Shown here: in pieces, positions 11,743 to 24,700 of the stretch
How the letters are laid out: each line of letters begins with the position of its first letter
How positions within the stretch are numbered: the stretch's first letter is position 1
Notes under the pieces: model-generated
Database searches by the model: none
The model's input: only the letters and a program-made list of their open reading frames with translations
Told to the model about the DNA's origin: nothing
DNA from: Paragordius varius
Taxonomy: Eukaryota > Animalia > Nematomorpha
Reading direction: 5' to 3'
Assembly (NCBI GenBank): GCA_964247055.1
Contig: OZ176052.1
Span: 9,114,001 to 9,178,000 of the forward strand
Length of the DNA stretch: 64,000 nt
Position numbers and translations under genes: made by a program

Positions 11743-13920
11743 CTACAAAAATTATAAAATGAATGAATATTTTTTCATTTAAATTAAATAAAAAGACTAA
11801 TATGAATACATACTTTGTGTGTCTTTCATGGCAAAGCATTTCTAAAATTGTACATTAATAAATATAATTAAAAATTTTAAATGATTAGAGGTAGATGGTT
11901 ATAATTTATTAAACTAGGAATTTTTTCCGCAAGTCCTAAATGCTTTTTTTATATTTAAACCAGCCAAGTACTTTGACCATATGAATCACTTAATATAAAA
12001 TAATGTTATGTAATTAAATGCCAGAAAATCTTGGAAACATCATAATATCGAATAAAAAAAATTCCAATATTTTAAATAAAATATCATGATTTGTACAATT
12101 TTTTATACGATATTTTATATTAAATATTAATAACTATTTATGCCATGAACTGTATTAATAAGGGATGATAACGGAATTATTTTCTGACCGGTCAAAATCT
12201 TAACCTTTAATTGAGATGCGATAATTCGATATTATTAAAAAACAAAAAATTTAAAATAAAATGAAAATTTATTTTATAATACTGTTAACATGAAGCTTGT
12301 GTTAATTGAATAGTGTCCAAAAATCATACCTTCAACATGAAATATGTAATAATCCATAAAATCTGTAAGGAATTATATAACCAGATTTTCATGATGAATG
12401 ATTTGAAATATTGGGCCGATAGATGGGAATAGAGTCATTATATTAATATTTGTAACTTTTGGACATGATAATATATCTATTGTTTAATTTTGCATTTTAT
12501 CATATATAAATTGAAAATACGACAAAAAACTTTGTTAGTTTGAGAGAAGAATCAATTTTTTCTAAAACAATAAAATATTTGTTTACTTTTAAAATTTACT
12601 TTTGTGTTTAACCATTAAAAACCACCTAGTCTATACATAATAATAATTCAAATGGTTCAATGATAAATGCTATTTATCCATTTTGAATATTAGTAAGAAT
12701 TTTAATATTTCGTTTAGATCCACTTCTATATATAGTCATAATTGATAATAATGATACACAATATTAAACAAAGAAAAAAATATATTGTTTAAGTTATGGA
12801 TAATTTTTGCATAATTTTATTGTTGTTAACTTTGAAAGTGAAATGTGAATGACATACCTAAATTTTAATAAATACCATAAAACAAAGAAAAACATACAAT
12901 TTTATCTATTTCATTACCAATTAATTAGGAATGAACTATTTTTATCTTATGATTTATTTTGTAAAATGTTGTTGTACATATTGAATTATTTTAAGAAATT
13001 AGTATTTTTTCATTTACAATATAATTGGAAGGAACAAGTTGATGTAAATTGATGAAGTTCACAGTATAATGACAATTTACTTTAAATTAAACATTTAAAT
13101 ACTTTGATTAACACCTTATGATTTTCTATTAATAAAGTATCCATCAAAACATAATAATTTATGAATTCAAGATAAAAAAATAATTTAATCAGGATAAGAA
13201 ATAGTCATATTTAAATTTTGTATCTTAAAATAAAATTAAGTGTAAAATATAATAGATTACGGTCTATTTCTATTTTTTGAGATTGCCATTTTGCACGTTA
13301 TCCCAAAAAGTTTAAATAATGATTCCATTTAGAAATAATTTAAAAAATTGGGAAAACGCATTTTATCTCTATATCTCTTATATCGATTCCATGGTTTTTA
13401 TCAAGCTAAAAAACCTTTTGTATCATTAGATTTAAAAAATTAACAGAGCTCAGAACCATATGGCCAATAAACAATGGTCCAAAACCAAAATTCGTGGTAA
13501 ATAATAGCCTTAAAAACCTTATTGTATGTACCAAAAAACTTGGATAAGAACAAGGTTTAAAACCCTTACAATTCCAATCATGGTTTATTCTAATTACGAT
13601 ACGATACTTGTTAAGATTCACTATTTACTGCTTATATTATATTTAAAATTAATTAAATATACTAAAGTCAGATTTTTTAGGTCTAACGGAAACTTATGCC
13701 ATTAAAAAAAAGTAGCGAAATTAGTCGTTTTTCTGATCGATCATCTGTTATTATAAACCAGATGTAGTCATAGGTCTTTACCAGTTTAATTAAGAGAAGA
13801 CATTGGTGAAAAATATGCAGATTTATTTGACACATAAATCATTTTGTTCTTCTGTCATCGACAAACACAGACACAGGTTGAGTTTGCCAAAATCTAGCAC
13901 TTTATAATCATTGAGTAATA

Positions 13921-14790
13921 ATGTTAAATTTTGTACCTAAAAAAACATTTGCCGTACGCCGTGCGCTTTCCTTCTTTCATCAGAAGAAAAGGGTATCAAA
14001 AATTATCGTTTGTTAGTAAAAATGTATGGTGAAAATGCTCGATCGATTAGAAAATTTAAAAGTTCTAATTTTAATGCAAAAATGGGCGATCTGCTACTCC
14101 ACATAGCTGTGGACGATAAAGTACAATAGTTGTTGGATAATGACCCCGTATAAATGCATCGGTGATTGGTGGAGGCATTTCATGTTTCATAAAAAGCAAT
14201 CGATGGGAAGATCAATAAACACTGTTAATGAGTCGACAAAAGGTCTAAGAAAAATCGCAAAGTGACTTATGAAATCTGCTCAACATCGAGAAGGTGAATC
14301 AATTTCGCCTAAAATTGTGACAGGTGATGAAAAGTGGATTTATTTTGTAAATCGCCGAAAGTGGCTTTTAACTTGCCCAGCCGGTTTATCAATATCAAGG
14401 CCAAATCGCTTCGGAAAAAAGACCACGCCATGTGTTTGGTAGGACCAGAGCGGTATTGTGTATTAATAACTTTAAGCCCCCTGATCCCGTTAAGACACTG
14501 CCTTATCGCTAACAATCATGCACTAATCGAAAAACAACCGGAATGGGCTAAAAGATTTGCCAGATGCTTTTGCTACACGAAAACGCTCCATCTCACACAC
14601 CAAAATTAGGCACACCTTAAAATCACTTCGATGGCAAACTTTCCTGCATCCACACTACTATCCTGATTGCGTCATCTGATCATTATTTCTTCGCATCAAT
14701 GAGGCACACGCTCGCAGAGTAACACTTAATTTCGACGAAGGGTTCGCCACAATAGACAATCAGTTTTTCTGGAATGGATTTATATACTGC
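13921..14790 (+). pseudogene. Degraded mariner transposase, Mos1/mauritiana-like
   Basis: Frameshifted remnants: MLNFVPK..., IVTGDEKWIYFVN, RPNRFGKK, VW*DQSG, APSDHYFFASMRH. TIRs not recognised. Confidence 0.85.
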
Positions 14791-15083
14791 CTACGAGATG
14801 GATGTAATGATTTCCCTTCAAAACTACGTATTTTTACCAAATCGGTTTTATTGCGCCTAGTAATTGAATAAAATGTCACTGGACAAAAATAAAAGCAATA
14901 TTGTTTGATATTAAAAATATGTACTATACTCATAACTTAATTCAATTTACATTATTTTTATAATGAATCAATTTTTCTCTAGGATTTAAAAATAAAATTT
15001 TATAATTTGCGATTATTATAAAAATATCAACAATCATATCATGTAAAATAATGGTTTTTATATTAATTAACTCATAATATATT

Positions 15084-18000
15084 ATGAATATTAATCTAGA
15101 ACCTTCCAGGGAATTTTTAGAGCTTATGTTGAAATTCAATATAGCAGTTAATGCTGAACAGCCCAAAAACTTGATTGAATTTGCAGCCAAATATTTTACC
15201 GATCTTTACAGGGATCAAAAATTAAATAATGCTAATCAAAATAAACAAAATGCATCATCCAATCTATTAGGTTCTCAGTTAATGCTCCCTGGAAATCCAT
15301 CAAGAAGTCCATCTCCTTCTCCAGGTTTTGATTTGTGCATTTTACTTTAAACTATAAAGATTTTAAATAAACAATATATTTTCTAAAATTTGTAACCTAT
15401 TTTGACAGAACCCCCGAGAAACCCAATATTTCGAAGACAATCTAGTAATTTCTTTTTTATAAATATTAAATATAATCTTATATATTACTTGGACCTTTAA
15501 ATTCAATTTTACTATTTTATCGGATGATGTACTGTTAAATACTTAAAATGTTAAAATGCCTTTATTTATAACCTATAGTTAGTATGGAAAAATTGCATTT
15601 TGACGAAGACATCCAAGATATCGTAAGTAAGTTTATTATTTTAACAAATATACTGTATTTATATAATTTTGATATTTTTTAGGTTAGGGTGAAGAAAGAT
15701 GCACAACTCAAAGAGTTCCTCTTGAAAATGACCAAAAATATTATAATATTTCGGGCCATGGATAGAGTATCACTTATTTTTTTTAATTTTCCATTTTTAG
15801 GAGCAAATGGATTTTGTCATCGATGCTATGAAAGAAATTACGGTAATATTTATCATATATGATAGTTTGATTTTTATATACAGTCAGAGGCGTAGCTTGC
15901 ATTTCTGGTGCCTGGTACATGATTTATGATGGCGCCTCCTCCCCCTTCATGAAACCCCTTGAATTCCCAAAAAATAATCAAATTCAAACCGTACTTATAA
16001 ATGTGTGATTTTTTAAGCATTATTTAAAATAATAACTTTTGAATACCTTTTTTTTAAAAATAAAATTAAAAAAAAATTAAAAGCTCCTTCAACTATGGCG
16101 CCCGGGGTATAAGCCCCCTTCCCCCACTAGGCCTCTGTATACAGTAGCGTATGGGTTAAAAACACAAAGGAGTGTAATTAAGCAATTTTTTCCTATATTT
16201 TAACAATTTTGTTTTTATAATTATATACAAACTATATTATACACCAGAGGTGTCCCACACAAATGACTTCGCGGGCCGGACTAAAAAATATAACAAATGG
16301 ACATCAATAAATATTTTGTATTTCAATCATGGGATTTCAAAAAATTAACGTCACAATATAACTACTAATTATTTTATAGTTTGTTTATATGGTTGGCAAA
16401 ATTTGGAAATATATTCACATTTGCCGACATTTTAAAACTCATGAAGTATATCCTTAAAAAATAATTAGGCTATCTTTATGGTATTCGTCAATAAAAATTT
16501 TGTAGATTTTATATTAAAGAAATCAGAGTAGTTTACGAAATCCATTATTATTGATAAGGATAATATGTGATATATATAAATATTCAACGGCTAACCCATT
16601 TACCGAACAATTAATGTTGATAAACAAAATTGACATATATCTGAATAAATTATTAATAAAATATATTTTTTTAAAAAATTATATTAATTTTATAATTTTA
16701 CTTCTCTTAAATCATAAAATCTTGCATTTATTTGGGTTTTTTTCAAATTTTTCGCGGGCAGATAAAATTTTATGGAGGGTCACATGTTAATTTTGCATGT
16801 CTTATAAATGATACACCCACTCGTTTAAGCGCTTCATAAATCATTACTAAATTGATATTTAAATAATAAAAATACTAGAATCGATCATCTAATATCAGTA
16901 TATAATTTTTTTGGACAATCAAACATGAAAAATTATTCATTAACATACAAACTTACTATTATTATATATAATTTTTGAAACAGGTAAAAGAAAATGATGT
17001 CATATTGAAACAAGGAGACATTGTTTATAACTTCTATGTGGTTCAAAAGTAAATTTGATATTATATTATGTAATTTTTAATATAACTTATTTTTAAAAAA
17101 TATTAATAGCTTTTAATACAGACACGGTAAAAGTATATGGTTTGCAAAAAATATGTAAGAAATTTATTGTGGCAATAAAAAATCTGCCATATTTTTTTTA
17201 AATTAAAAAAAACTTTGCTATTGATTCTGTAATTTTTAACTAATATAGATGTTAAAAATATTATTTCCTAATTAATGTAGAGGAACTTTTGAAGTATATA
17301 TCGAAATGGACGGTGTTTCACGAAAAATATGTATTCATCATGATAGTGGGAGTTTTGGTGAAATTGCGTTACTTTATAATCAGCCAAGTACTTATACAAT
17401 TATAGCCAAGTCGGAAGGAACATTGTGGACTTTAGTATAATATTAATGAAACTACAAATTTTTTTTATAATATCAGCGTTATAGAATATCCATCGCAGAA
17501 AAAACCCCATATTTTAAATTATGGGAGTTTAAATAATTAGAATTGATAATTAATTAAACCCCATATGCAATCAACTAGACCAAAAAAATTTATTTTAAGA
17601 TTGACTACCTTGCAGAGTGACCAAACTTTGAGTCAAAAGTTTTTTTATCGTTTAAATAGATACTGTAAATGAGTGGATCAAGATTCTACAGTAAGATTAT
17701 TGTTGGCTTTCAGGGTTTTTTCGATTGGCAATTAATTTATATATAATAAAGCAAAAAGGTGACAAAATATAGCTTATGTATTAAAAAAATTTCCTTATGC
17801 GCCAATTAAAAACCTTTTGAGCAGCCAATATTACCTGCTCCTCACCGCATGATATCTTAACTTTATAATTCAATATGTTAGGATCGTGATACATATAAAC
17901 GTGTGGTAGCAGAATCAGCCCTGAGAAAACAACAATTATATGAAGAATTTATAAATAAAGTACCTCTTCTAGTTTCCCTCAGCGTATGAAATTTGGATTA

Positions 18001-21000
18001 CTTTCTAAAAATTATTTATAGAATACCTATTTAAAAATTAGTTATAATTTAAATTACTTTTTTAATTAAGCACTCATCCGTTAAAATAAAAATAAATAAA
18101 CTGATATTAACAATTTTTTTAAATTTTTAAATGTTTTGGTTCGCAGCGAAACGCGGTTTCTTAAATTTTTTGGTTAAATGGCATAACTTTTACTTTTAGA
18201 AGAAGCTTAACCGAAACCGCTTTGGATGGAACCGAAATTACCAGCGTGATTTAAGTAAATCGAAATATAAAAATCATAAATCAGAACCGTTTTTGATATT
18301 AGACCCCCGGTTCCAAACGGTGCCAATAAATTAAATTTTAATATTTTAATTTTTAATATATGTTATCCTTTGTTTTCTAGTTTAATTGGATTTATATATT
18401 AAAAAAGAGTAGCAAAAATGTGGCTTATTTTATTATGTTTTTGTGGTTATTATTCACATTCTGTCATAAAGTTAGCATTTATAAAAATTAGAAAATAAAT
18501 CATATATCAGAAACATTTTTTGGAATGAAAACCGAAACCCTTTCATCCGAAACACGCTTTGACTAAAAAATAAATATATGGAACTGGAACCATTCACGGT
18601 TTCAAACGCCCATTCATGAGAGCAAAATATTATTTATTTCATTTTTACTTAATAAATTTAATTAAGGGTTTCATATATATCATTCATGTAGGAACATGAG
18701 AAAATGGTATTAGTTTGTGCTTTTCAACCCGAATATTTTGAAGCTGGTGCACCCATTTTAAAAATGGTATTTTATTTTGAATTTTATTGTATAGAATGAG
18801 AAGAATGATAAACTTTACTTTATAGAAAAGGGATCAGTGGAAATGATACAAAACCCAAATACGGTATAATCTTGTATATAAATAGAAATTTTGCTAAAGA
18901 ATCTTTCGATTTGTGGTCAGAGGGAAAAAGTTGGGTTAGTATACAAGCAAGCGAGTATTCTTGCTTTAATTTAATCAAACTTAGCTAGCTTACATATTAA
19001 ACAATTTTTCTCCTTATCCACAAATTGTCAAAGTCTGTTTGAACATTGTGCTTTTTCCCATATTTATAGAAAGAAAAAAGGATAACTAAATTGGGAATCG
19101 GAGATTACTTTGGAGGTAAATAAACACGTATTTTTAATATTATATTTTGTCTAAAATTAGAATGCATTATTTTGACTTTATAATCCCCTACCGGGGGTCG
19201 CAGAGGATGCATCCTCACGGGCATCAATAAAGAGTGAAGCGAACTAGGATTTGGTCTGCGCGGATGAAAAGATAAACCGATTAATTCATTTTTAAAAAGC
19301 CATTCATGGTCATAAGCTGCCATCTATGCGATTTGGTATCCATATAAAAATGATTAATCGAATTGGCTACTTGCTATTAATATTACATTGGTTTTAAAAA
19401 ACAATAATGTTTCGTATTATCAATAATAAAAATAACCTAAAAAAATAGCTTTTATCAATGAATCAAATAAATTTATTAGTAGATATAAATAATATTTTCT
19501 GTATATTTTGGTTGTGGGATGTTGCTAAATTTGTTTGCAAACTTTTCATCGTATTTAAAAAGCTTTTATAATCCTACATAATTTTAATTTTTGCTATTAT
19601 TTTTTTATATTTTAATTGTAATCCAACATAAAGCAGGGATTTAACACGTGACCCCGACGACTTTTTCTGAGGCCCGTAAAATCGTTTAAAAACATTTTAT
19701 ATTTATTTTTTATTATCATATTAATTTTATAATTGTTAATTAAGCATTAAAATCTAACATTTTTGCATTATCCACTTCAAATATATTGATAAAAATAACT
19801 AATTTATTTTCATAACCAAATGCCATCGTAAAACACCATTGATTACCAATATAAAAGTCACACTACCTTATTAAAATTTGCATATGAAAATAATTTAGCC
19901 AAAAGCGTTAAATACACCTAATAAACAATGTAAAAATATACCAGATAAATTAAAAAATTTCCACCAAAACTGCAATATAAATGTTATACATGCCAACTAA
20001 GATTAGATAACAAAATACTTTTTTATAACAGTAAGGGGACTAAGATAATTTTTTAATTATTCATCAGTTAGAAATGGTCATGATGAAAACAGACTGATGT
20101 AGTCTAATTATTTTGTAATCCAAGCACATATTTTTAAGTAAGATTGATAAATATTAATTAAATCGATGGTCATCATAGATTAAATTTATTAATATCAAAT
20201 TTTTTGGTGTGCGGTCCGCCATTTTTTACGTCGAAAATGCGCCCCATGAAGCCATTCGTGTTTAACACTCATGGAGTATTAAATAAAAGACATAACGTGA
20301 TTGTCCAAAAATATATTTAAATTTAGGCGTTGTACATCACATCAAAAATTTTTATACGATTTCTTATTATATTTATCTAGAATTATCACTTATATTAAAA
20401 AAACCAATGCCAGTAAATGTCAATGCACTTGAATTCACAAAAGTCGCAAGTATAAATTTTTTATTAAATAAATTTAAATTAAATAAATAAAAACAAATCA
20501 GAATCAGTACCGTAACTGCCTTTCCTAAAATTGTTTTTTTGCATTAATTATTGTTTTTTGTTTGTTAGAATCTTTGGCTGTTTACACTAAAAATAGAATT
20601 TTTTGCGGCCTATTTTATGCTTTAATCTACACATTTACAGAATAATTAGACCTGTAAATATGACAATAATAGAACCATCATATCAAATATTGAACCAATT
20701 AGTTTTTTTTAAACATATCATGTCTTTCTTAATCGTAACCATTTCGAATCTCTCTTTACATACAAAAGCTTGAATTTTTATTAAAATCAAAAAATATCTA
20801 TTCATTCAAGATAAATCGATTAAGGATATTTTTATTAAACTGTTAAAAAAAATATTTAATAATAGAATACTACATCTGTTTTTCTTGGTAACTGAATATC
20901 AACTAAGTACAAATTTATACTAAACATTTAATCACGATTATAGGTTTTATTTTAACATAGCTCTAGATGTGGACACATTTGAAAGACTACTCGGTCCTTA

Positions 21001-21067
21001 TATTGATATATTGAAGAGGTATATCGAACAAAAAAGAGACACACCTTTAAATGTATTAAATAATTAA
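15084..21067 (+). CDS. PRKAR2: cAMP-dependent protein kinase type II regulatory subunit-like protein (377 aa, degenerate cAMP sites)
   Basis: join(15084-15324,15409-15444,15579-15622,15683-15766,15801-15842,16984-17048,17281-17434,17882-17983,18692-18766,18795-18863,19070-19115,20381-20449,20961-21067) = 1134 nt, open. D/D domain (QPKNLIEFAAKYF), RRQS site, two CNB domains, C-terminal FERLLGPYIDILKR. Confidence 0.85.
15885..16137. mobile_element. hAT-type MITE
   Basis: TIR CAGAGGCGTAG / CTAGGCCTCTG with a perfect 8-bp TSD TATACAGT. Confidence 0.88.
19634..20273 (-). mobile_element. hAT-type MITE (reverse copy of the 9569/32604 family)
   Basis: Reverse complement of 20215-20273 matches the family left end (CACGAATGGCTTCATGGGGCGCATTTT). 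No TSD seen. Confidence 0.55.
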
Positions 21068-21068
21068 T

Positions 21069-21651
21069 TTATTTTTTGCTAATAAATGGATTATCTTTTA
21101 TGTAAAATCGTAAGGGTTTATGCGCCCACTCTTTGGCTCGTTCAACGCCAACTCTCCTGGTTTCAATAATTTGGAATTCCGGAGTCTCATATTTTTCGAT
21201 CCAAATTTTATCAGATTCAAAGATAAATTCCTTATTCAGAGTTAAATCTATACTTAAGCATTGAAATAATTTAGCTGGGCCATTCGCTAATTTTTTAAGG
21301 CTTGTAATGATTTTCCTATTTTGCTTCATATCATCCAAACCTTCCAAAGGTTGAATGGATCTAATTAAAACAGCTCCACCATAATCTAATATTTATAAAA
21401 CTTTTACCAGCCGTTGATATATTAAAACAATGATGCATTCCATATATCAAATAAACATAACAAGTTCCAGCAGATAAAAACATTGGTTCATTTCTTTTAG
21501 TTATTTTTCCACCAAAGGAATGAGAAGCGGTATCCATTATACCACAATATGCTTCGGTTTCAACAATAATTCCACTAAGCCGTTTTCCATTTTGAAATCT
21601 TACTAATAATTTTCCCAATAAGTATTTGGCAGCTTCTACAGATGTCCGCAA
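21069..21651 (-). CDS. MPG: DNA-3-methyladenine glycosylase; start codon not located
   Basis: Exons ~21651-21408 and 21385-21069 across a 22-nt intron: LLGKLLV...GIIVETEAYCG.MDTASHS, GTCYVYLIYGMHHCFNIS, GAVLIRSIQPLEG, LANGPAKL, RRVGV, PLRFY. Confidence 0.9.
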
Positions 21652-21717
21652 ATTATTTTCGCTTATTCGATTTATTTTGTAAATTCAAAAAGTAATATTT
21701 AAACGTATTATGATTTT

Positions 21718-24700
21718 ATGAGTGTACAGTATCAAGAAAATGAGTATTTTTTAAATACAATTTTAAACAATGATGACATAGTTTATGCCAATATATCCCC
21801 TAAAAAAGAATTTTGGATTGAAGGAATTGTGGAAGAATGTGCATGTCCAGATAAATACAAGGTTAAATTTGTGGAAGCGGATGATGTCATTTTGGATGTT
21901 AATATTTCCATATTCGATTCCGATAACATTGCTATTAAATCCTACGAGAAGGTAATATCTATAGGTGTTTGTGTTGTTGCGTTGGAGATAGTGAATACAA
22001 ATAAATATTTAAGGAAAGGCATTGTGTTGGAATCACCATCTCACACCAATAAATCTCGATATTTAATCATATTTGATTCCGGTACATGTAGTTACATTGA
22101 AAAATTCCATGTATATCCAATAGTCAGTAATTTAGTTAAACAAAATTTCACGCAGTTAATATCTAATCCAAGTACAAAACACTTTGTGGAAGGTTACATG
22201 CTACATTATCCAGAAAGGAAAATGTTACGCTTAAAAATTGGCCAACATGTAAATATTCAATTTTCTTCGCAATGGCATAAAACCCGAGTGGTACAACTTG
22301 ATTGTAGTTTGGTTTTGTTGTATATCTATGCATTTAATAAATATTCTTGGATATACCGTGGAGCTCATATTTTAGAACCCATATATATGGATTTAATGAC
22401 GCCGGTTAACATTGTAGATAACCCTTTTCATAGACGCCGACATAATACGCTACAATTCCGTAACGATATACAGCATCCTGACAATGCAGCTTTTATAGAA
22501 TACAGCTATATTGATTTGGAGAGTCCGACTCCTACACCCTCGATTTGTAACAACAGCAACAATACCGAAAATATATTTTCCCTTTTTTCAAACAGATCAA
22601 CATGCTACTCAAACTACAAAAATTTAACGAATGACACATTTGATTGTACCGAACAATGTAGATTTATGTACATTAATCTTGAAAAAAAGGCCAAAATTTT
22701 TTTTAGGGATGGAAAATCATATTCGGATATGGCAAAACCGTTTTTGTGTGGGTGGGATCGAATCCCTTCATCAACGACAGGCTTTATCTATGTTACACCC
22801 CAGTGTCAAAACAAAGATCACCGGCGCGTTAAACTTACAAAAATGGAGACAATACTCAATTTTCTTAAAACGGTATTAAACACTGAATCTATGCTCGGAA
22901 TTGATGATTTTAGTTTGGAACCTATTTCGCCAATTATCGAACCAATAACAAAACATCCATATTATGAATTGTGTAACATGCTTAATCAGAACACATCTAA
23001 TACAACGCTGTTTTCCCTTTTGAACGATTTGAGTTTTGGTAAAGAACGCAAATGTATTCCATGCATTATAGAAACGGATAAGAGGAGTGGTGTGATTACC
23101 TCGCCTATAACATTCACATATGAAGTTAGGCGTAAACCTGCGCCCGGTGTCGTTATAAACACAGATCCAGCTTTTATCCCTGGGTGCAATTGTTTAGATG
23201 AATACTGTTCGGATCCAAGTGTTTGTTCTTGCCAACAGTATACCTTGCAAGTTGCCACATGTAAAGGAATCGATGAATATACCGAAGATGAAGAAGAACA
23301 AGACGATGGCGTATCAAATAAAATGAATGGTCATACATCTCAACACAATGCGGAACAAAACGATAACCAGAAAAGTAAGCGGAAATGTGCTAAGAACAAA
23401 GAAAATGCACAAAATATGGTAGAGAGCGACAATGATCAAGATGATTTAGACGTATATTCGCATTTATACAAAAATAAACGACTTTACTATCGTAATCCTA
23501 CAGGCATCTATGAATGTAACGAAAACTGCGCCTGCAGCAAAACACATTGTTTTAACCGAGTAGCTCAACACGGCGTAGGCGGTATGCGATTTCAAGTCTT
23601 TAGAGACCGCGATAAAGGGTAAGATTTTATTTTTTTATCTTCTAAGTTATTAAACTATTTATATAAAAATATTTTATTATATTTATAACTGGAAGAACCC
23701 TTGTGGACAAGAGATATTTAGATATCGTCTGCGTTTATTTTTTGTTTAAACTTTATCAATAGATTGAGTGGGTGACGACGATGGGTTGTTAAATAAGATT
23801 CGTGTTAACGTCGTAAATAATGAAAGAAAATAAAAATAAATTTATTATAGACTCAAATTTTCGCCCAATGGCATCATCAGGAGTTGTTAAAAGAAAAAAC
23901 TTAAAATAAATTACAACAAAAAAATATAAAATGAAATTAAATGTGAGACAAATCAATACATATAAATTGATACAATAGACAAAGGAAAGTAACATAAAAG
24001 GAACCGTTATAATCTTGAGCGCATGTGCAATATAATTTAATAAAAACATAAATATATATATATCAGACAAATAAAACAGAAATTATAAAAAATATAAAAT
24101 TTTTCTAAGTTATATCAACGCTGTATAAAGTTTAAGTTTTTTCTTTTAACAACTCCTGATGATGCCATTGGGCGAAAATTTGAGTCTATAATAAATTTAT
24201 TTTTATTTTCTTTCATTATTCACGACGTTAACACGAATCTTATTTATCAATAGATGTTTGTGATATTTTAGAGCAGGTTCAACACAAATGGCTTTGCGGC
24301 CCGCATTTTTATCAAAAAAAACCGGCGGGCCGCATCCGAATTATATAGGGGCATTCATTAATAATTTAATATTTAAGCTTCAGACTATATAATGCAAACA
24401 AACACAGTATAACAATTTTCGAGTTGTTAATTGGGTAGACTTATTCAAAAAAAACAGATAAATTATTAATTTTACTGAGATTTGTCAGTTATTTTTTAAA
24501 TTAATTAAGAATATTCTAATTTTTCTAGGGCCGCACATAAAGTCTCGGAGGCCTGCGTGTTTGCCACCCCTGCTTTAGGCCTTATATTTGACTTCAAATA
24601 TTTAATACAAAAATTAACCTTCATAGTATCCCCCTTGAACATTTTAAGTCTTATATGGTTTAGATTTACATTCTATTTCACCAATATTTAAGATTTTTAA

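Noticed and set aside
13406-13621. 71-aa minus ORF as a 5' exon of the ZP gene
   Set aside because: No PAN/ZP or signal-peptide features and no phase-compatible join.
18886-18960. Apparent truncation of RII-like CNB-B after a 22- or 36-nt intron
   Set aside because: The true next exon is 19070-19115 (KEKRITKLGIGDYFG), which restores a complete frame.
22631-23258. ORFs 22631-22879 (+) and 22986-23258 (-)
   Set aside because: Shadow frames of SETDB1 exon 1.
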